DNA of 64,000 nucleotides from the NCBI GenBank assembly GCA_016699875.1, contig CP064989.1, forward strand, positions 328,788-392,787, written 5' to 3'. Below are positions 1 to 9,096 of the stretch, piece after piece. The DNA comes from Candidatus Moraniibacteriota bacterium (GTDB taxonomy: Bacteria; Patescibacteriota; Minisyncoccia; Moranbacterales; UBA1568). Below the pieces are notes generated by a model. The model was not told the DNA's origin. It did no database searches and saw only the letters and a program-made list of their open reading frames with translations. Position numbers and translations under genes: made by a program. The first letter of the stretch is position 1, and each line of letters starts with the position of its first letter.

Positions 1-65
1 GAATCGCACATGATCGAAGTGTTCGCCGAGCCGTTACCAGAGAGAGCTTCTACTGGTTCTTCCAT

Positions 66-1466
66 GTGTATTTCTCACATTACGTAAAATATGCCACAGC
101 TCCTTTTCAGAAGGAGATGTTTAGCCTACTTGAAAGCGATATCCATCAGACGCTTGTCTTCGTTGCTTTCCGAGGTTCAGGGAAATCGACGATCGTCACC
201 ATGGCCTATGTCCTCTGGGCCATTCTTGGTCGACAGGAAAAGAAATACTCGGTGATTACTGGTCAGACTCAATGGCAAGCCCGTCAGCACCTTCAGAACA
301 TTAAGCAGGAACTGGAACGGAATGATGTTCTACGAGGCGATCTTGGTCCGTTTCGAGAAGAGCGAGATGATTGGGGTTCGCTTTCTCTCGTTCTCTCGAA
401 CTATGGAGCGAAGATCACGGCTGCTTCGACAGAGCAAAGTATCCGAGGTATGCGTCACGGAGCCTATCGTCCGGATTTAATTGTCTGTGATGATGTAGAA
501 GATCTTTCCTCAGTGAAAACCTTGGAAAGTCGAGAAAAGACGTATCGGTGGTTTACAGGCGACGTGGTGCCATCTGGTGATCGAGAAACGAGAGTCATCG
601 TCGTTGGGAATCTTCTGCATGAGGATTCGCTTATTATGCGTCTTAGAAAAAATATTGAACAAGGCAATCTAGCCGGGCTTTTCAGAGAGTATCCGTTGCT
701 TGATACCGAAGATCGTTCTCTGTGGCCGGGGAAGTTTTCTGATGAAGCATCGATCCAAACCGAAAAGAAAAAAGTTGGAAGTTACAATGCATGGATGCGG
801 GAGTACATGCTACAGATTTTGCCGGAAGATGATCAGCTCGTGTTATCCGAATGGATTCACTCCTACGAAACATTTCCGAGCCAAGAAGAGCTCCCATTTT
901 GTTTCACGGTTGCTGCTGTTGATCCAGCAATCTCTAAAGAACAAAGTGCCGACTCTACCGCTATCATCACCGCCAAAGTATATGGGTACGCCGAAAAGCG
1001 CCGTATCTATATCTTGCCGTACCCGACCAACCAGCGTCTCAACTTTTCCGAACAGCTAGAAACAATCAAGAGACTAGCAGAAGAGCATCAAAGAAAGATT
1101 ACTCTTCTCATTGAAAATAATGGCTATCAAAGAGCGCTGGTGGAGATGCTCGAAAAGGAACGCTATCCGGTGAAAGGCGTTCAGAATATTGGGCAAGACA
1201 AACGGGCCCGCATTTCACTTATTACGCCGCACCTCAGAAGTGGGATGGTGCTCTTCCCTAAGAATGGTGCCGATGCTCTCATTCAACAACTTGTTGGATT
1301 TGGTGTGGAAAAGCACGATGACTTAGCGGATGCGCTCGCAACTTTGGTGACGTACTGCGTGGAGAATAACAGGCGGTCAGCAAGAGAGAGTCTGGAACTG
1401 TTTGTTAAGATGAATCCTCATCTGCAAAAGTATGATCCGGGAAGTTTATGGAATAAGCGGTTCTAA
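66..1466 (+). CDS. Phage terminase large subunit (ATPase + RNaseH-like nuclease), possibly prophage/satellite remnant
   Basis: Walker A-like 'VAFRGSGKST' near N-terminus, 'VCDDVEDL' Walker B-like, C-terminal 'AAVDPAISKEQSADSTAIIT' nuclease-fold motif typical of terminase large subunits; true start may lie upstream of window start region. Confidence 0.65.
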   Translation: MYFSHYVKYATAPFQKEMFSLLESDIHQTLVFVAFRGSGKSTIVTMAYVLWAILGRQEKKYSVITGQTQWQARQHLQNIKQELERNDVLRGDLGPFREERDDWGSLSLVLSNYGAKITAASTEQSIRGMRHGAYRPDLIVCDDVEDLSSVKTLESREKTYRWFTGDVVPSGDRETRVIVVGNLLHEDSLIMRLRKNIEQGNLAGLFREYPLLDTEDRSLWPGKFSDEASIQTEKKKVGSYNAWMREYMLQILPEDDQLVLSEWIHSYETFPSQEELPFCFTVAAVDPAISKEQSADSTAIITAKVYGYAEKRRIYILPYPTNQRLNFSEQLETIKRLAEEHQRKITLLIENNGYQRALVEMLEKERYPVKGVQNIGQDKRARISLITPHLRSGMVLFPKNGADALIQQLVGFGVEKHDDLADALATLVTYCVENNRRSARESLELFVKMNPHLQKYDPGSLWNKRF

Positions 1467-1467
1467 A

Positions 1468-2391
1468 CTATTCTTCTGACTTTGCAAGCTCATTTCTATT
1501 GCTATGTGTTTCTGATAAAAACACAGCCAGAGTTGATGCTGCCCCCACTGCTAAACGTGCATGACGCGCCCCTAAACCCTTTGTTCCTGCTACCTTCCCG
1601 TGACCAGTTCCATAATGGTTTCGCAACTCCGCGATACCCTGGGTAATAGTAGCTAAGTTACTAAGCAATCTCTTTATTGTTTCAGCTGCCTTTGCTTTTT
1701 CAGGGATATCTTGAGGAGTAAGTTCCAGTTCCTTGCTAGTAAGTTTTACTAACTCCGGTATGTCAGTATTTTTACCGAACTGAATACCTCGTTCTTCAAG
1801 GACTGTCTTGCAACATGTCTCCACTAATTCTTTAGCGGTTCCAATCGCAAGAGATACATCATTTGTAACCGCAGCTTCCATGCGAGTAATTTGCTGGGCG
1901 ATATACATTGGATCAAGACCTGTCAGTGTTGCACGAGCGGATTGTATACCCGGAGTAATCCCTGTGCCTATAATGGCTCGACCAGTATAGACTGGCTTAC
2001 CTGACATACGAGTACGTTCAACTAATTCAAAGCCATCATTTTTCAAAAATTGATTGAACATTTGATGAAGTTTCTCTGACTCCGTAACGTCAGATCGTAC
2101 AACCGGATGTATCGTCTCGCAGAGAAAACGTAAAAATACCTCATCATCCCCATTTAATAGATTGAGGCGTTCATCAGAAAAAACCCAGTCATCATCCCAA
2201 TCATAGTTCATAACACGATGGCGCCAAATATCTCCAGCTGCATCAGCATGTCTTGGATCGTAAGATGGCAAGGTCTCAAGATCAAAAATTCTCGATAAAA
2301 ACTCCGACTCCTCAAGACGGCCGGCCCATTTCACATTTTCAGCTCTTATTGCGTCGATAATATCCCGACGCGTGATTTGAGATATTTTCAT
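1468..2391 (-). CDS. Abi_C / HEPN-domain abortive-infection-like protein (AbiJ-like architecture)
   Basis: C-terminal 'ELRNHYGTGHG' = R-x6-H HEPN/Abi_C signature; N-terminal helical domain; start codon 2-3 nt after stop of upstream helicase (translational coupling). Confidence 0.6.
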   Translation of the reverse strand: MKISQITRRDIIDAIRAENVKWAGRLEESEFLSRIFDLETLPSYDPRHADAAGDIWRHRVMNYDWDDDWVFSDERLNLLNGDDEVFLRFLCETIHPVVRSDVTESEKLHQMFNQFLKNDGFELVERTRMSGKPVYTGRAIIGTGITPGIQSARATLTGLDPMYIAQQITRMEAAVTNDVSLAIGTAKELVETCCKTVLEERGIQFGKNTDIPELVKLTSKELELTPQDIPEKAKAAETIKRLLSNLATITQGIAELRNHYGTGHGKVAGTKGLGARHARLAVGAASTLAVFLSETHSNRNELAKSEE

Positions 2392-2393
2392 TA

Positions 2394-4115
2394 TTAATTA
2401 TTTAGGTTTTTAAAAAAGTTTGCGTCAACAATTACGTTACTTATTCTACTCGAGTCTATCCGGTCAATAAAAACAGATTGGTTCATACCAAACGTCGTTG
2501 CAAAACTTTTATTTGAAATTAAATAACACTGCTTTCGTGTTCTAGTTAACCCAACAATAAACTGACATATCTCTTTATCAGTTGGTTTTTTCTGTATCTT
2601 AGGAAATTCTGTATTGTTTAAACCAACCAGAAAAACAAAAGATGCAGACAGTCCCTTGCAACCATTAAAGGACGTTATCTTTATTGGACTTTGCTTTTTA
2701 TCTTTGTCTTCAGCCTCTGGATCTTTTTTTAGAACCTTCTTTAATTCTTCTATTGTAATAGCAAGCTTATCTGTAACAACCTCTTCTTCATCTTCAGAGA
2801 GAGATTCATCTTTCTTAACCTTTTTCAGTATCTCTAAAACAGCAAGATGTTCATCTTTAAAGTCGGCAGGTATGAGATCTACTAAAGAAACTTGGTTTTG
2901 TTCCGATTCTACAAGCATTTGCTTTAGAATCTTTTTCTTCATTTCTATCTCCGAAAGAACTCTCCAACCGAGATTTGATTGGTTGTTTTTTAACAGAACT
3001 AAGTATCCATCTAATAAGTTGAGCGTATCGTTGGTAGTCTCTTTAAAATCTATATCTTTGAATTTCTTTGATAAGTATCCGTACACCTGGTTTAAATACT
3101 GAGTCTGACCAGCAATAAGGACGCAAGGGTAGTTACCTTTTTGTGCCTTTACCCAATCCTCCGGAGTAATTTTGTTTATCTCACTCTCAATATATTTTCC
3201 GATGTAATTATAATTATCTGTTTTTCTCTGTAATGAACATCTCGCATGAATAATTTTCGGATACTGAACACTCTCGGCTTCCTTATCAGGCAGGTAGCAA
3301 ACATATTCCTTGTTGATCCTGCCGACGAGCCTACCTACTGCTTGTGCTCTGCCTATTATGTCGTGAACTGCGCTAATAATAACCTCTGTACATCGGCTAC
3401 AAAACGGCAACGAGAATCTTATAAAATTCTTATCCGAAGCCTTGTTTCTAATAAATCTTGGGGAGGCATCTTTTAAGTCCTCGTATACTGCCTGATCATC
3501 ATCTCCCACTATGAGTGTTGGGCTTAGCTTGGAAAGCTCTTCAAGAAAAGAAACTTCTAAAAGATTAAAATCCTGATACTCATCTACCACAATCTGACCA
3601 TATGTAGGGATCACGGAGCTATCCTTCTTGAAAGATTGAAGTACTCGGTATACCGCATCATCGTGCCCAACAGCGTTGTAGTAAGTAGCTCTTGTCAGAA
3701 AAAACTTTAATTCTTCTCCTTTATTAAGATTTTGAAATACCTTTCTAAAGTTTTTATACTTATCTCCCGTTAAGTATTTGTTATCTGACTTTATTACTAG
3801 AGGTAGCTTTGGAAAGTAATAAAAAGATGAGGTAAGCCCATCAATTTTTAAAGTATGTAGAAGCTTTTTGCAATAACCATGAAAAGTGTGGGCTTCCGCT
3901 AATCCAGATAGATCCTTCTTTAGCTCATCAGCTAAGTTATTTATAAAAGTTAGAGCTAGAGATTTTACTTTCTTTTGCTGTAATAAAGATTTAAAAGTAA
4001 AACTTTTTCCGGTACCAGCCCCAGCGATAACAAGCTTAAATCTGTCATCCGACTCGACAAGCTCTTTGGTTAGTCTATCCCTTTCATTCTTTTGAAACTC
4101 TTTAATATCTGACAT
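2394..4115 (-). CDS. UvrD/Rep/PcrA-like superfamily 1 DNA helicase
   Basis: Walker A 'AGAGTGKS', motif Ia 'TFHGYC', motif II 'VVDEYQD', motif III 'GDDDQAVY', motif VI 'VGLTRTRK'; very AT-rich coding sequence; lysine/glutamate-rich insertion near C-terminal third. Confidence 0.75.
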   Translation of the reverse strand: MSDIKEFQKNERDRLTKELVESDDRFKLVIAGAGTGKSFTFKSLLQQKKVKSLALTFINNLADELKKDLSGLAEAHTFHGYCKKLLHTLKIDGLTSSFYYFPKLPLVIKSDNKYLTGDKYKNFRKVFQNLNKGEELKFFLTRATYYNAVGHDDAVYRVLQSFKKDSSVIPTYGQIVVDEYQDFNLLEVSFLEELSKLSPTLIVGDDDQAVYEDLKDASPRFIRNKASDKNFIRFSLPFCSRCTEVIISAVHDIIGRAQAVGRLVGRINKEYVCYLPDKEAESVQYPKIIHARCSLQRKTDNYNYIGKYIESEINKITPEDWVKAQKGNYPCVLIAGQTQYLNQVYGYLSKKFKDIDFKETTNDTLNLLDGYLVLLKNNQSNLGWRVLSEIEMKKKILKQMLVESEQNQVSLVDLIPADFKDEHLAVLEILKKVKKDESLSEDEEEVVTDKLAITIEELKKVLKKDPEAEDKDKKQSPIKITSFNGCKGLSASFVFLVGLNNTEFPKIQKKPTDKEICQFIVGLTRTRKQCYLISNKSFATTFGMNQSVFIDRIDSSRISNVIVDANFFKNLNN

Positions 4116-4221
4116 AGCCCAGAATCCTCTAAAAACTAAACTTTAGGCAATTATAGCAAAAAGTCATTTTAGCCCCTGAAGGCCCCTAGACTTGTTTAGG
4201 GGTACGCGTCATTCATGGGGT

Positions 4222-5547
4222 ATGGATACCATGCAAATTCAAGGGAATACTATCAGACAACACATCCCTACGAATGTAAAGTACTGCCTGTACGCTAGAA
4301 AAAGCAGCGAATCGGAAGAGCGCCAAGTGCTCTCCATTGATTCTCAAATCAAGGAAATGCTACTCCTTGCTGACCGGGAAGGGCTCGAGATCGTTGCCAT
4401 GAAACGAGAATCTCACTCCGCCAAAGAAACGGGAGGTCGTCCCATCTTTAATGAAATCGTCGAAGAGCTTCGAGAAGGAAAATTCAACGGCATCCTGACA
4501 TGGGCACCGGATCGCATTTCTCGTAACGCTGGAGATTTAGGAAAAATCGTGGATCTCATGGATGCCGGAAAGCTAGAGGAAATCAGAACGTATAGCCAGA
4601 GGTTTACTAATAATCCTAACGAGAAGTTTCTTCTCATGATCCTTGGTTCGCAAGCAAAGCTTGAGAATGACAATCGAGGCATTAATGTAAAACGAGGGCT
4701 GCGTACAAGAGTTGAGATGGGTCTCTGGCCAGGCGTAGCCCCTATCGGCTATCTCAACCAGAAACACATCGAAAAGAAATGTCAGATCATCATTGATCCA
4801 GAGCGCGCACCCGTGGTCAAAAAGATATTCGAGAAGATGGCCCATGAGAAGTGGTCAGGCCGCAAGATATATCACTGGCTTAGATTCGAACTCAACTTTA
4901 AGAGTTTAAGCAATCACTATATTGCTCTTGGTAATATCTTCCGGATTCTTCAGAATCCTATTTACTACGGATCCTTCGAATACCCGAAGGGTTCTGGCAA
5001 CTGGTATCAAGGAAAACACGAACCAATCATCGACAAAGAGCTCTTTGACAAAACTCAAGAGCAATTGAAAAGGGACAAGATTGTTCGACAGAGCCGGGAG
5101 TTTGCTTTTACCAAACTCATGGTGTGCGGATTATGCGGATCAGGGATTTCTGCGGAAGAGAAGTATAAGCAGCTTAAAGATGGAACAACAGCCAAGTATA
5201 TCTATTACGGCTGCGGAAGATCCAAGGATCGACACTGCAAGAACCCATACCTGCGCGAAGAAGAATTAACTGAACAATTGATTAAAATAATGGATCAAGT
5301 CGATCTTAATCGAACGGGGGTACAGCACAAGTTTGAAGAGGAGCTAAAACGTTACAACAAGTTCAATCGAGGGGTGCTTGGCATCAGAAACCAAGCGCAA
5401 GAGCACCAAGATCTTGATCTGAAAACATATGCTAAGTATGTCCTTCGAGAAGGAACGAGCGAAGAGAAACGAGATCTCATGGGATGCTTCAAATCTAAGG
5501 TAAAAGTACTAAGAAAAATTATCACTATTGAACCAGAAAACCTATGA
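4222..5547 (+). CDS. Large serine recombinase (integrase/resolvase family)
   Basis: N-terminal resolvase catalytic region 'YARKSSESEERQVLSIDSQ', recombinase domain, C-terminal zinc-ribbon 'CGLCGS...YYGCGRSKDRHC'; ORF track starts at 4192 but ATG at 4222 (MDTMQIQ) gives canonical spacing before catalytic Ser. Confidence 0.8.
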   Translation: MDTMQIQGNTIRQHIPTNVKYCLYARKSSESEERQVLSIDSQIKEMLLLADREGLEIVAMKRESHSAKETGGRPIFNEIVEELREGKFNGILTWAPDRISRNAGDLGKIVDLMDAGKLEEIRTYSQRFTNNPNEKFLLMILGSQAKLENDNRGINVKRGLRTRVEMGLWPGVAPIGYLNQKHIEKKCQIIIDPERAPVVKKIFEKMAHEKWSGRKIYHWLRFELNFKSLSNHYIALGNIFRILQNPIYYGSFEYPKGSGNWYQGKHEPIIDKELFDKTQEQLKRDKIVRQSREFAFTKLMVCGLCGSGISAEEKYKQLKDGTTAKYIYYGCGRSKDRHCKNPYLREEELTEQLIKIMDQVDLNRTGVQHKFEEELKRYNKFNRGVLGIRNQAQEHQDLDLKTYAKYVLREGTSEEKRDLMGCFKSKVKVLRKIITIEPENL

Positions 5548-5656
5548 AACCACCCTAAAATTCAGAGTTGATTTTTGTCCTTCAAAAAGCTATACTTGTC
5601 GTACAATCTGTCCTAACCCTTAGAGGACCTCTGACTCTAAGGTATGGCGCAATAAA

Positions 5657-5800
5657 CCCTAGCTAATAGAGACGGCCTCATGGTCGGCACTTATTAGCTA
5701 GGTCGGTTCCCGAAAGGGTTCCGGGCATTCCGAAAGGTTTGTCGCCGTTCCGTGGGGCTTTTTGTATACCTCAAGAACGGAATTTAAATCCTAGCTAATA
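5657..5800. repeat. Hairpin/inverted-repeat cluster: 'ccctagctaata'(5657-5668) / 'tattagctagg'(5692-5702) inverted pair plus third direct copy 'cctagctaata' (5790-5800); additional 'cccgaaaggg' palindromes
   Basis: Read directly in sequence immediately downstream of the serine recombinase stop; candidate att/recombination or structured RNA region. Confidence 0.4.
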
Positions 5801-5818
5801 AATATAATCAATATAATT

Positions 5819-6361
5819 ATGAGTGAGCAAATTCAGTCTTTGGAACAGATTCAGAATGTTCCAACTAAGCGCCCTTGGTATAAGCGATGGTGGGTGATAG
5901 TTGTTGCAGTATTCATTATCTTCGGTGCCATAGGTGGTAGCGGAGGAGACAAGTCAAAAACTTCATCTACTAGTGAAAATTCAGTTGAAAAACAAGGCTC
6001 CGGCAACACAGTAGAAGAAACTACTGCAAAAACTGAAGAGAAGAAGCCAAGCGTACCAGCCGAATATAAATCTGCACTCAGCCAAGCTACTTCGTATGCT
6101 AATACCATGCATATGTCGAAAAAAGGAGTGTACGATCAGCTAGTTTCAGAATACGGCGGAAAGTTCTCTGCTGAAGCAGCACAGTATGGTATCGATAATG
6201 TAGAGACGGATTGGAATGCCAATGCCCTCGCCAAAGCAAAAACCTATCAAGATTCAATGCACCTCTCACCAGCAGCAATACGTGACCAACTAGTCTCGGA
6301 ACACGGTGAAAAATTCACTCAGACTGAAGCAGATTATGCCATTACAAATCTTAACAAATAG
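5819..6361 (+). CDS. Membrane-anchored protein with two Ltp-family (host cell surface-exposed lipoprotein / superinfection exclusion) repeats
   Basis: N-terminal TM helix 'WWVIVVAVFIIFGAIGG'; tandem ~50-aa repeats 'YDQLVSEYGGKFSAEAAQYGIDN' and 'RDQLVSEHGEKFTQTEADYAITNL' characteristic of Ltp domain. Confidence 0.55.
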   Translation: MSEQIQSLEQIQNVPTKRPWYKRWWVIVVAVFIIFGAIGGSGGDKSKTSSTSENSVEKQGSGNTVEETTAKTEEKKPSVPAEYKSALSQATSYANTMHMSKKGVYDQLVSEYGGKFSAEAAQYGIDNVETDWNANALAKAKTYQDSMHLSPAAIRDQLVSEHGEKFTQTEADYAITNLNK

Positions 6362-6393
6362 TGTGAACCCAAGAAGAGTATAGGGCTATAATA

Positions 6394-6420
6394 AAACTGC
6401 CAATCTGGCAGTTTTATTAT
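6394..6420 (+). terminator. Rho-independent terminator after Ltp-like gene
   Basis: hairpin 'aaactgcca-atc-tggcagttt' followed by T-rich 'tattat'. Confidence 0.55.
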
Positions 6421-6509
6421 ATCTATTGGCTCATTCCCACTGATCGTACAAAATAGGGTGTATCTAGTCTTAGAAGCGTCCTTGGTATAAACGATGGTGG
6501 GTAATAATC

Positions 6510-6737
6510 ATGGGGATAGGCATTCTTGTCATTATTATGGGAAGCTCTGAGGAATCAAATAGGTCGGTAACCCAAGAAACGAACGAAAACCCTGTAAAGG
6601 CGGTTGAATATGCAATAGAAGCCAAGAAGACATCATGGGATGATATCACCGTCTGGGCATATAAAAATAGTGAAAAAGGTTCGGCTATTGAAATGGCTGA
6701 AACGATGGGAATGAAAGAATACTCTACCTGTCATTAA
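6510..6737 (+). CDS. Small hypothetical membrane protein; N-terminal TM segment is a diverged duplicate of the Ltp-like gene 5' end
   Basis: ~27-bp near-identical DNA segment 'ccttggtataaRcgatggtgggtRata' at 5873 and 6480; no in-frame upstream ATG beyond 6510, may be pseudogene. Confidence 0.25.
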   Translation: MGIGILVIIMGSSEESNRSVTQETNENPVKAVEYAIEAKKTSWDDITVWAYKNSEKGSAIEMAETMGMKEYSTCH

Positions 6738-7732
6738 TAATGCAAACATTGGTACTCCAATGATAACCAAAGCCAACGCCTTCACCATTTCTTCAATCAG
6801 AAATGAAAATGAAGACCCCTGACCATCATTACAACAGTCAGGGGTTAATCCTTACCCTTACAAAGTACTCAATATTTCATTGCGCTCAACCCAAGACCAT
6901 AGGCAACACTTGTGAAGGCATCGACTGGAAGTATTTTCCCCTCCCCAAACCGGTCCAGGAAGATTCTCCTGACTCTTGGAATAAAGGAGGAACCTCCTGT
7001 TAAAAGAACGGTGTCCACATCCTGTAAAGAGATCCCAGCCCGAGACACTGTATCGTCCACGCAGACTTCAATCTTCTGAAACTTGTCTTCTGCCAGAGTT
7101 TCAAATGCATCTCTTGTGATTTCCTCCCGGATCACGATGCCTTTCTCGGAAAATTCGATGATGGAGGATTCCCTATCAGAGAGTTCTCGCTTCACCTTCT
7201 CGATAGCTCGGAACAGCATATAGCCAAGATTTTCGATAATCAGAGTGTGAAGATTTTTCACTGCTTTCTGATCCTCGTCGGACACCCCTCGAAGCGAGTG
7301 GATTATTTGAAGCGTCTTCTTGTCGCGAAGCTGTGGAATCATGTGCCACTCACAGAGCGTCATCGGAAGCCAAATTGGAAGCTCAAGAATTTGATCAGGC
7401 AACGATCCGCGAATCTTTGTGTCTCTGCCAAAGTGTTTTGCAAGTTCGTGCCACATGATAGAAGCATCAAAAGCATCGCCCGCGATATACACTCCGCCAG
7501 TTGCGAGAATATCTTTTTCACGATCTTCTCTCGAATCACGTTTTCCACCACGGAGCCGCATAACTACGAAGTCAGACGTTCCACCGCCGAAGTCACCCAT
7601 GAGCACCAGTTTCTCCTCCCCCTTTCGAAGGTCTGACTCATAGGAAAGCGTCGCCGCGATCGGTTCGTACACGAAGTGCACATTTGCAAACCCAGAACGA
7701 AGAGCTGCTGCCCGCAATCTTTCTTCCGCTAA

Positions 7733-8580
7733 GAACCTGTTTACAATCTTCTGGTACACTGAGGACATAATCCTCAAACCAAAAGAACCATGTATCCAAG
7801 CGACATAACCCGAGAACAATTCGAACACATCAGACCATTTCTCGAATCAACCAGGAAGAGAACCAAACCAAAGACACTTGATTCCTATGACGTATTCAAC
7901 GCTCTGCTCTACATTCTGGTCACGGGTTGCCAATGGAGGGCACTTCCCAAGGATTATCCAAAATGGCAGAGTGTCTATCGACACTTCCTTGTCTGGAAGG
8001 AACGAAAAACAAACAGACAGAGAGTATGCTTGAGCAAGTCTTAAAAAAATTGGTCGAACAAGAACGTATGAAAAATGGCAAACAATGCAAAACCAGTTTC
8101 TGCATCGTTGATGCTCAAAGTGTCAAGAATACAGATACGGCTCGAGAAAAAGGTTATGATGCAGGAAAAAAAGTTTCCGGTATCAAGCGACATATTCTCG
8201 TTGACACCAACGGATTGCCGCATGCGTTCACGGTAACCACTGCTAACGTCACTGATCGAAATGGAGCTATCCAAGCCGTCAAGGCAAACAAAAAAACACC
8301 TTTCACGGGTGGAGAAACTCTTGACTGATGGTAGTTATACCGGAGAAAACTTCGCCAAAGCGATCAAAGCATGTATCGGTGCGGAAGTGGGAGTAGCTAA
8401 ACGAAACGAATTGCATACGTTTGCCGTTCTTCCTCAGCGCTGGGTGGTCGAGAGAAGCTTCTCCTGGCTGGAGAAATGCCGAAGGCTCTGGAAGAATTGC
8501 GAACGGACACTGGATTCGAGCTTACAGATGATGGTTTTAAGTTTTGCTCGATTGTTGTTGAAAAGATTGTAAACAGGTTC
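7733..8580 (+). mobile_element. IS5-family insertion sequence (IS1031/ISL2-like), copy 1, with 3-bp TSD 'taa'
   Basis: Terminal inverted repeats 'gaacctgtttacaatctt' / 'aagattgtaaacaggttc'; flanking direct 'taa' at 7730-7732 and 8581-8583; internal DDE transposase reading frames; second copy at 58231..59080. Confidence 0.75.
7790..8572 (+). pseudogene. IS5-family DDE transposase, split into three frames by homopolymer indels (copy 1)
   Basis: ORFs 7790..8044, 7927..8328, 8261..8572 together equal the orfA/orfB of copy 2; A-run lengths differ from copy 2 at three sites (A5 vs A6 at the KERK site, A7 vs A8 at the LKK slippery site, A7 vs A6 at the KANKK site). Confidence 0.65.
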
Positions 8581-9096
8581 TAAGAGATCAAGCTCTCTGT
8601 CTTCTGAAAAGAGTACGGGACGACCCATGACAACCGTGTCCACGACATGTCCCACATGGAGTTCGCCGCGATGCTTGATAGTTTTCAGAATGAGCGCGAT
8701 TAAATCTTCGATTTCATAGCGCCTGCCAAAAACATAGGTTTCTTTGAAGCTCTTACTTGGCAGAAATGCCTTGATGGATTGCATGAGACGACCGTAGGTT
8801 CCGCCGTAATCAACGTATTGGTCAATAGCCTCCTGACCAATATTGATACCACCTTCCTCGTCAAAGAAAAGTACCGATTTGAGGGTGTGTGGCGATGGAC
8901 TCGATGGGTCAATATCAGCAATTGCGACGTTATTTCCCTTCGCTATTGCCAAAACAGAATTTGTGGTTCCAAAATCAAGACCAAATGCTATAGACATGAG
9001 AATATCCTCGTTTCTAATAAGTTTGAAAGGTGCTTCCCGTGTATATCACAAACTCTTCTAAATATCAATGGCTCGAATTTCTGAATAAAAAGAGTC

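Larger units (their letters stand above)
6869..8997 (-). pseudogene. YegD-like Hsp70-family (actin-like ATPase) gene interrupted by IS insertion
   Basis: N-terminal part (8997..8584) 'GLDFGTTNS...VVMGRPVLFSEDRELDL' and C-terminal part (7729..6869) 'AEERLRAAALRSGF...VLMGDFGGGTSDFVV...LLTGGSSFIP...' are contiguous Hsp70/YegD-like sequence when the 848-bp IS (7733..8580) plus 3-bp duplication is removed. Confidence 0.6.
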
